DNA of 12,195 nucleotides from a virus (Duplodnaviria; Heunggongvirae; Uroviricota; Caudoviricetes): IMG/VR virus record IMGVR_UViG_2675903352_000004, positions 1 to 12,195 of that record; one strand, 5' to 3'. Shown piece by piece: positions 7,007 to 12,195 of this stretch (position 1 is its first letter; each line of letters starts with the position of its first letter). The notes under the pieces were generated by a model. It saw only the letters and a program-made list of their open reading frames with translations, ran no database searches and was not told where the DNA came from. The position numbers and the translations under genes were made by a program.

Positions 7007-7668
7007 ATATCTACGAAAGAATTGATGGCAGCAAATACCGAAATATTTGGGTAGTTGGCGATCTGCACGGATGCTACACGAACCTGATGAAAAAACTGGA
7101 GACGATAGGATTCGACACCAAAAAAGACCTGCTTATCTCGGTGGGCGATTTGGTTGATCGCGGTACAGAGAACGTAGAATGCCTGGAATTAATCACATTC
7201 CCCTGGTTCAGAGCTGTACGTGGAAACCATGAGCAAATGATGATTGATGGCTTATCAGAGCGTGGAAACGTCAATCACTGGCTGCTTAATGGCGGTGGCT
7301 GGTTCTTTAATCTCGATTACGACAAAGAAATTCTGGCTAAAGCTCTTGCCCATAAAGCAGATGAACTTCCGTTAATCATCGAACTGGTGAGTAAAGGAAA
7401 AAAATATGTCATCTGCCACGCCGATTATCCTTGTGATAAATACGAGTTTGGAAAGCCAGTTGATCATCAGCAGGTAATCTGGAACCGCGAACGAATCAGC
7501 AACTCACAAGACGGGATCGTGAAAGAAATCAAAGGCGCGGACACGTTCATCTTTGGTCATACGCCAGCAGTGAAACCACTCAAATTTGCCAACCAGATGT
7601 ATATCGATACTGGCGCAGTGTTCTGCGGAAACCTCACATTGATTCAGGTACAGGGAGAAGGCGCATGA
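7003..7668 (+). CDS. ninI: Ser/Thr protein phosphatase (lambda NinI / lambda-PPase family), 221 aa
   Basis: [83 protein letters not shown]… carries the metallophosphatase motifs GDLHG, GDLVDRG and GNHE and is near-identical to lambda NinI. Confidence 0.95.
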
Positions 7669-8288
7669 GACTCGAAAGCGTAGCTAAATTTCATTCGCCA
7701 AAAAGCCCGATGATGAGCGACTCACCACGGGCTACGGCTTCTGACTCTCTTTCTGGTACTGATGTGATGGCTGCTATGGGGATGGCGCAATCACAAGCCG
7801 GATTCGGAATGGCTGCATTCTGCGGTAAGCATGAACTCAGCCAGAACGACAAACAAAAGGCTATCAACTATCTGATGCAATTTGCACACAAGGTATCGGG
7901 GAAATACCGTGGTGTGGCAAAGCTCGAAGGAAATACTAAGGCAAAGGTACTGCAAGTGCTCGCAACATTCGCTTATGCGGATTATTGCCGTAGTGCCGCT
8001 ACGCCGGGCGCAAGATGCAGAGATTGCCACGGTACAGGCCGTGCGGTTGATATAGCCAAAACAGAGCAGTGGGGGATAGTTGCTGAGAAAGAGTGCGGAA
8101 GATGTAAAGGCGTCGGTTATTCAAGAATGCCAGCAAGCGCCGCATATCGCGCTGTGACGATGCTAATCCCAAACCTTACCCAACCCACCTGGTCACGCAC
8201 TGTTAAGCCGCTGTATGACGCTCTGGTTGTGCAATGCCACAAGGAAGAGTCAATCGCAGACAACATTTTGAATGCGATCACACGTTAG
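7665..8288 (+). CDS. Q: Late-gene antiterminator Q (lambda type), 207 aa
   Basis: [134 protein letters not shown]… is near-identical to lambda Q. Confidence 0.95.
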   Translation: MRLESVAKFHSPKSPMMSDSPRATASDSLSGTDVMAAMGMAQSQAGFGMAAFCGKHELSQNDKQKAINYLMQFAHKVSGKYRGVAKLEGNTKAKVLQVLATFAYADYCRSAATPGARCRDCHGTGRAVDIAKTEQWGIVAEKECGRCKGVGYSRMPASAAYRAVTMLIPNLTQPTWSRTVKPLYDALVVQCHKEESIADNILNAITR

Positions 8289-8330
8289 CGCCATGATTGC
8301 CACGGATGGCAACATATTAACGGCATAATA

Positions 8331-8375
8331 TTGACTTTTTGAATAACTTTGGGGAAACTTGACACCAATAATGGG
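8331..8375 (+). promoter_or_regulatory. PR'-like late promoter with qut-like elements: -35 TTGACT (8331-8336), a weak -10 (GAAACT/AAACTT, about 8354-8360), and a downstream TTGACAC / CCAATAATGGG pause-like element.
   Basis: The layout parallels lambda PR' (TTGACT-17-TAAATT-TGACTCAACGATGGG), here TTGACT-tttttgaataactttgg-GGAAACT-TGACACCAATAATGGG. It sits 43 nt after the Q stop. From memory of lambda PR'. Confidence 0.5.
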
Positions 8376-8567
8376 CGTTTTTTACATGTCATTGATGAGT
8401 CTCAATAACCTGCCGCCGAGTAGTTTTTATGCTCTGAATTGTATTTGTGTAGTAAACATGCTGACTGCAATGTAATAGAGTTTTTTTAGCCTGTAACCTC
8501 TTGACGGCATTGAATTGCTTTTGTTATGAGTTGTAAGCCAATGTTATCATCTTGTATTGGGGTGGTT

Positions 8568-9284
8568 ATGAAGGATGGTGCGCTGCTCAGGAGTTCTTCA
8601 CTTTTTATTGCCTACATGGGATGCCTTGGATGGGGGAGTGCTTATTTCTATGGATGGGGTACTTCTTTTTACTACGGCTTCCCATGGTGGATTGTAGGTG
8701 CAGGTGTTGATGATGTTGCCAGAAGTTTATTTTTTGCAGTTATCGTCATTGCTATATTTCTTATCGGTTGGGGTATTGGTGTTGTATTCTTTTTCGCAGT
8801 GAAAAGAAAACATTCTATGCAAGAGCTAAATGTATTTCGCCTTTATTTTGCTGTGGAATTATTGTTTGTGCCGGCAATTATTGAGTTTTCTATATTGAGA
8901 CAGAAGATTCAGGTACCTCTTTTGCTACTGTCAGCAGCGATTGCGCTGGCGGTTACAATTTCGATAAGATCTTATGGGCGATTTTTATCGGTATCATGCT
9001 TCTATGATAAGCCATTTATAAAAAAACATTTTTTTGAGATTGTGATGATTGCTTTTGTGGCATATTTCTGGCTTTTTTCATTTCTGACAGGATATTACAA
9101 ACCACAGTTTAAGAAAGAATATGAAATGATTAATTATAATGATGGTTGGTATTATGTTCTTGCTCGTTATGATAATTGTCTGGTTTTGTCTACTTCTTTC
9201 AATGCAGGTAGTAAAAGGTTTGTCATTTATCAATCAGCACAAGATAAGAATCTTCAGGTTGATATTGTAAGGACCAGAATTTAA
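8568..9284 (+). CDS. Hypothetical polytopic membrane protein (about 238 aa from ATG 8568; in-frame alternative starts at 8526 and 8541). AT-rich cargo gene between Q/PR' and nanS-p.
   Basis: Four to five strongly hydrophobic segments (e.g. SLFFAVIVIAIFLIGWGIGVVFFFAV, VPLLLLSAAIALAVTISI, FFEIVMIAFVAYFWLFSFLTGYY), an aromatic/Gly-rich N-terminal segment (GWGSAYFYGWGTSFYYGFPWW) and a ~60-aa hydrophilic C-terminal tail. A possible own promoter is TTGACG 8501-8506 with TTATGA about 17 nt downstream; GGGGTGG lies before ATG 8568. Confidence 0.6.
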   Translation: MKDGALLRSSSLFIAYMGCLGWGSAYFYGWGTSFYYGFPWWIVGAGVDDVARSLFFAVIVIAIFLIGWGIGVVFFFAVKRKHSMQELNVFRLYFAVELLFVPAIIEFSILRQKIQVPLLLLSAAIALAVTISIRSYGRFLSVSCFYDKPFIKKHFFEIVMIAFVAYFWLFSFLTGYYKPQFKKEYEMINYNDGWYYVLARYDNCLVLSTSFNAGSKRFVIYQSAQDKNLQVDIVRTRI

Positions 9285-9417
9285 TTGGCTGCATAAATAA
9301 TATTTTAAGTTGCAAGTTGGCTATTCGTAGGAATAGAACCTTAGGCATGCTGAATGCGTTTTCTGAACATTGTTTTATAAACTGTGTCTGCTTGCTGTTG
9401 TGATCCTGCTTTTAGTG

Positions 9418-9528
9418 ATGGTGATGATGGATTTCACCAGCAGGATAATGTTGGTACTGACTGATGGCGCTCTGGTCTGCGGCATTGTGGTATTGCTGTG
9501 GCCTATGATGAAAAAACAGACTGAATAA
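9418..9528 (+). CDS. Candidate small hydrophobic peptide (33-36 aa depending on start: ATG 9418, 9424 or 9427), MVMMDFTSRIMLVLTDGALVCGIVVLLWPMMKKQTE. Single predicted transmembrane helix with a charged C-terminus.
   Basis: This short ORF is absent from the supplied track (below its size cut-off). A hydrophobic core followed by KKQTE is typical of small membrane peptides and type I toxins. GGTGATG lies just upstream of the internal ATGs. Confidence 0.3.
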   Translation: MVMMDFTSRIMLVLTDGALVCGIVVLLWPMMKKQTE

Positions 9529-9744
9529 TGCTTGATTTTTTTGTTTGCTGTTTATTAAAAACATTTCTGCATGGTGAATTCCCCTGTATGGGGGGGGCGA
9601 CTGGTGAATGTCGAATACTTCGATTAATTGTCGATTGGCGGCTGACGCGGGTTCGGTTGCACCAGGCTGAACTCACCGGGAAGCTCCCGGTACCATGCGT
9701 ATATCACAATTGTTATTCCAGTTATCATTTTCCTTGTGAGTTTT

Positions 9745-9770
9745 GGCTGCGCATGGCGCGGCCTTTTTTT
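9745..9770 (+). terminator. Rho-independent terminator upstream of nanS-p
   Basis: Stem GGCTGCGC / GCGCGGCC (9745-9752 / 9756-9763, one G-U pair) with an ATG loop, followed by TTTTTTT (9764-9770). Confidence 0.6.
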
Positions 9771-9863
9771 ACGGCCTGCTATTGGCAGATGTTCATCCTG
9801 TGATTTTCTTCTGTTCCTGCTCCGGCCTTTCCCTACTTTATTCCTGTGCATGAGAGAAATTTG

Positions 9864-11717
9864 ATGTCGATTAAACGTTATGATTTGGTCAGGGCTGCCT
9901 CGCCGTCAGATCTGGCGGAAAAACTGACACAAAAGCTGAAAGAGGGCTGGCAGCCATACGGCGGACCGGTTGCCATTACGCCGTACACACTGATGCAGGC
10001 GGTGGCTATTGAAGGAGATCCACAGGTCGGCCCTTCATCTGAGCCGGACTGGTTCTACGTGGTTGTGCTTGCCGGACAGTCCAACGGCATGGCCTACGGT
10101 GAAGGGCTTCCGTTGCCGGATTCTTACGATGCTCCGGATCCGCGCATTAAACAGCTGGCGCGCCGCAGCACGGTAACTCCGGGTGGAGAGAGTTGTACGT
10201 ATAACGACATCATCCCGGCTGACCACTGTCTGCATGATGTGCAGGATATGAGTACGCTGAATCATCCGAGGGCTGACCTAAGCAAAGGTCAGTATGGCTG
10301 TGTGGGGCAGGGACTTCATATTGCCAAAAAACTGCTCCCGTATATCCCGAATAATGCGGGGATCCTGCTGGTACCATGCTGTCGTGGTGGTTCGGCATTT
10401 ACCCTGGGCGCGGAGGGGACATTCAGTGCGGACACGGGGGCCAGCCAGGATTCGGCGCGCTGGGGTGTGGGTAAACCGTTATATCAGGACCTGATTGTGC
10501 GCACCAAAGCTGCATTACAGAAGAACCAGAAAAATGTGTTGCTGGCGGTGTGCTGGATGCAGGGAGAGTTTGACATGAGCGCCGCCACCTACGCACAGCA
10601 ACCTGCGCTGTTTACAGCCATGCTGAAGCAGTTTCGTGCTGACCTCACTGTGTTTAACGCGCAGTGTCATGGTGGCAGTGCTGTAAATGTGCCGTGGATT
10701 TGTGGTGACACGACGTATTACTGGAAAAACACCTACGGCACGCAGTACAACACCATTTACGGGGCGTACAAAAACAGGGAGAGTGAGGGCGTTTATTTTG
10801 TGCCGTTCATGACAGACGGTAACGGCGTCAATACCGCCACTAATGCGCCGGCAGAAGATCCAGATATTCCGGCATCAGGATATTACGGTGCGGCATCGAG
10901 AACGAATGGAAACTGGGTATCATCAAACCGCCCGACACATTTTAGTTCATGGGCGCGCAGGAGCATTATTTCGGATCGCCTGGCAACCGCTATTCTGAAC
11001 GCAGCCGGGCGCACCTCAGCCTTCATCAGTGGTAAGGCACCGGAAATCAACCCCTCGCCCGGCGGCGATACGCCATCGGGGCCGTCTGATAGCGAAACAT
11101 CCGTCCGCACAGTCTCCCTGCTGCCGGCAGACGGAGAGGCTGCTACGCAGGGCTGGACTATTAAAGATGGCGGAATTCAGCTGGCAGATGGTGTATTTAA
11201 GATCACCAAGCAGAGCAATAAAACCTGGTCCCTGGCGCATCCGGTGGATGACGCAATTACCCTGCTGACACAGGGCGGCAGGCTGACTTGTAAGTTCCGC
11301 CTGTCTGGAGCTCTGACTAATAATCAGTTCGGGCTGGGGATTTATCTGTATACGGACGCTCCCGTTCCTGATGGTGTGGCGATGACGGGTACCGGTAATC
11401 CGTTCCTGATGTCGTACTTCACTCAGACCACTGACGGTAGACTGAATCTGATGCATCACAGGAAAGCAGGAAACACGAAGCTGGGGGAATTTGGGGGCTA
11501 CAGTAACGACTGGCAGACGCTGGAGCTGGTGTTCACCGCCGGCAGTGCCACGGTTACTCCGAAACTGAATGGAGTGGCTGGCCCGGCATTCCAGGTTATA
11601 AAAGACAGTCTGACTCTGGGACTGAATGCGCTGACGCTGACGGATGTTACAAAAAATGCAGCGTATGGCGTTGAGATAGAAAGTCTGATGCTGGAGATAA
11701 ATGCACCGGCATCATAA
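9864..11717 (+). CDS. nanS-p: Prophage-encoded sialate O-acetylesterase (NanS-p family; N-terminal DUF1737-like region plus SASA/SGNH-type esterase domain), 617 aa from ATG 9864
   Basis: N-terminus MSIKRYDLVRAASPSDLAEKLTQKLKEGWQPYGGP, and a GQSN esterase motif in …FYVVVLAGQSNGMAYGEG…. It lies between the Q/late promoter and the holin, the position nanS-p occupies in Stx phages. The listed ORF start at 9846 is an in-frame GTG; ATG 9864 has GAGAGAA upstream. Confidence 0.85.
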   Translation: MSIKRYDLVRAASPSDLAEKLTQKLKEGWQPYGGPVAITPYTLMQAVAIEGDPQVGPSSEPDWFYVVVLAGQSNGMAYGEGLPLPDSYDAPDPRIKQLARRSTVTPGGESCTYNDIIPADHCLHDVQDMSTLNHPRADLSKGQYGCVGQGLHIAKKLLPYIPNNAGILLVPCCRGGSAFTLGAEGTFSADTGASQDSARWGVGKPLYQDLIVRTKAALQKNQKNVLLAVCWMQGEFDMSAATYAQQPALFTAMLKQFRADLTVFNAQCHGGSAVNVPWICGDTTYYWKNTYGTQYNTIYGAYKNRESEGVYFVPFMTDGNGVNTATNAPAEDPDIPASGYYGAASRTNGNWVSSNRPTHFSSWARRSIISDRLATAILNAAGRTSAFISGKAPEINPSPGGDTPSGPSDSETSVRTVSLLPADGEAATQGWTIKDGGIQLADGVFKITKQSNKTWSLAHPVDDAITLLTQGGRLTCKFRLSGALTNNQFGLGIYLYTDAPVPDGVAMTGTGNPFLMSYFTQTTDGRLNLMHHRKAGNTKLGEFGGYSNDWQTLELVFTAGSATVTPKLNGVAGPAFQVIKDSLTLGLNALTLTDVTKNAAYGVEIESLMLEINAPAS

Positions 11718-11724
11718 TAAAAAA

Positions 11725-11760
11725 ACGCCAGCGTAGTAGAAGAGAAGATTACGCTGGCGT
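11725..11760. other. Perfect 11-bp inverted repeat (ACGCCAGCGTA / TACGCTGGCGT) with a 14-nt loop, immediately 3' of nanS-p. Preceded by an A-run on the + strand, so it reads as hairpin plus U-run on the minus strand.
   Basis: Sequence aaaaaaACGCCAGCGTAgtagaagagaagatTACGCTGGCGTaggg read directly. Confidence 0.6.
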
Positions 11761-11874
11761 AGGGATATACCCCGTGGAGAAATGATATGTAACACATATC
11801 GGGGATATTTCTATATAAACATTATAATTATTGTCAATCATAATGGTCAGGTATTATGACGTTTATGCATCAGA

Positions 11875-11906
11875 GCCATCAGTAATTAACTGGTGGCTTT
11901 TTTATT
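11875..11906 (+). terminator. Rho-independent terminator upstream of the holin gene (possible tR' equivalent)
   Basis: Stem GCCATCAG / CTGGTGGC (11875-11882 / 11890-11897, one G-U pair), loop TAATTAA, followed by TTTTTTATT. Confidence 0.55.
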
Positions 11907-11938
11907 GTTGTCAGCTTCCGGATAACGGGAGACGGGGT

Positions 11939-12123
11939 ATGTACCAGATGGAAAAAATCACAACAGGTGTGTCATACACCACGTCAGCGGTGGGGACGGG
12001 ATACTGGTTACTGCAGCTGCTGGACAAAGTCTCTCCATCCCAGTGGGTGGCGATAGGTGTGCTAGGGAGCTTGGTTTTTGGCCTGCTGACGTACCTGACA
12101 AACCTTTATTTCAAGATAAAAGA
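11939..12123 (+). pseudogene. S: Holin S (Stx-phage/lambdoid type, MYQM dual-start motif), interrupted after ~61 codons by an IS2-like insertion
   Basis: [61 protein letters not shown] matches the lambdoid Stx-phage holin N-terminus as I recall it. At 12124 the sequence switches to an IS terminal repeat. GGGAGACGGGG Shine-Dalgarno-like run upstream. Confidence 0.75.
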
Positions 12124-12195
12124 TGGATTTGCCCCTATATTTCCAGACACCTGTTATCACTTAACCCATTACTGGCCTGCTGCCGTAGATATTCC
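12124..12195 (-). mobile_element. Terminal ~72 bp of an IS2-like insertion sequence (IS3 family), including the terminal inverted repeat. The element continues beyond the window.
   Basis: TGGATTTGCCCCTATATTTCCAGACACCTGTTATCACTTAACCCATTAC… closely resembles the IS2 right end as I recall it (TGGATTTGCCCCTATATTTCCAGACATCTGTTATCACTTAACCCATTACAAGCCCGCTGCCGCAGATATTCC), roughly 90% identical. Confidence 0.75.
12135..12195 (-). CDS. 3' end of the IS2-like transposase (OrfB C-terminus …[19 protein letters not shown], stop at complement 12135-12137). The 5' part lies beyond the window.
   Basis: The minus-strand translation of the window edge matches the C-terminus of the IS2 transposase as I recall it (…[19 protein letters not shown]). 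Confidence 0.6.
   Translation of the reverse strand, partial: EYLRQQASNGLSDNRCLEI

Noticed and set aside
7074-8030. Minus-strand ORFs 7074-7274 and 7791-8030
   Set aside because: They are antisense to ninI and Q, which are near-identical to the lambda proteins.
9528-9851. ORF 9528-9803 (+, 91 aa, Cys/Trp-rich) and ORF 9624-9851 (-, 75 aa)
   Set aside because: Both span the hairpin-rich region and the terminator at 9745-9770, have implausible composition and lack ribosome-binding sites.
8289-9863. Shiga toxin genes or tRNA genes (ileZ/argN/argO-like) at the Stx-phage cargo position
   Set aside because: No ORF resembling StxA or StxB is present. I found no cloverleaf-compatible sequence; the nearest T-arm-like string, GGTTCGGTT near 9650, lacks complementary stems.
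10035-11797. ORFs within or antisense to nanS-p (10035-10265 -, 10210-10398 -, 10294-10494 +, 10883-11110 -, 11016-11459 -, 11029-11268 +, 11498-11797 -)
   Set aside because: They lie inside the long, motif-bearing nanS-p frame and arise from its GC-rich sequence.

Overview
This window is the replication / nin / Q / late-cargo segment of a lambdoid prophage with an Stx-phage-like late region but no stx genes, read mostly on the + strand. From memory of phage lambda, I recognise O (C-terminal part) with the ori iterons, P, ren, ninB, ninE, ninG, ninI and Q, then a PR'-like late promoter, a nanS-p-type sialate O-acetylesterase and the start of a holin. Between these backbone genes sit several AT-rich inserts. 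The most notable is a 617-aa reverse-oriented ORF of unknown function replacing ninF. Others are an HNH/AP2 endonuclease cassette at the ninG 5' end, an amber-interrupted adenine methyltransferase, and a multi-pass membrane protein plus a small hydrophobic peptide in the slot where Stx phages carry stxAB. The holin is cut by an IS2-like element at the right edge and the O frame is closed at the left edge, so the prophage is probably defective. All calls rest on reading the sequence and on recalled protein sequences; no database search was run.
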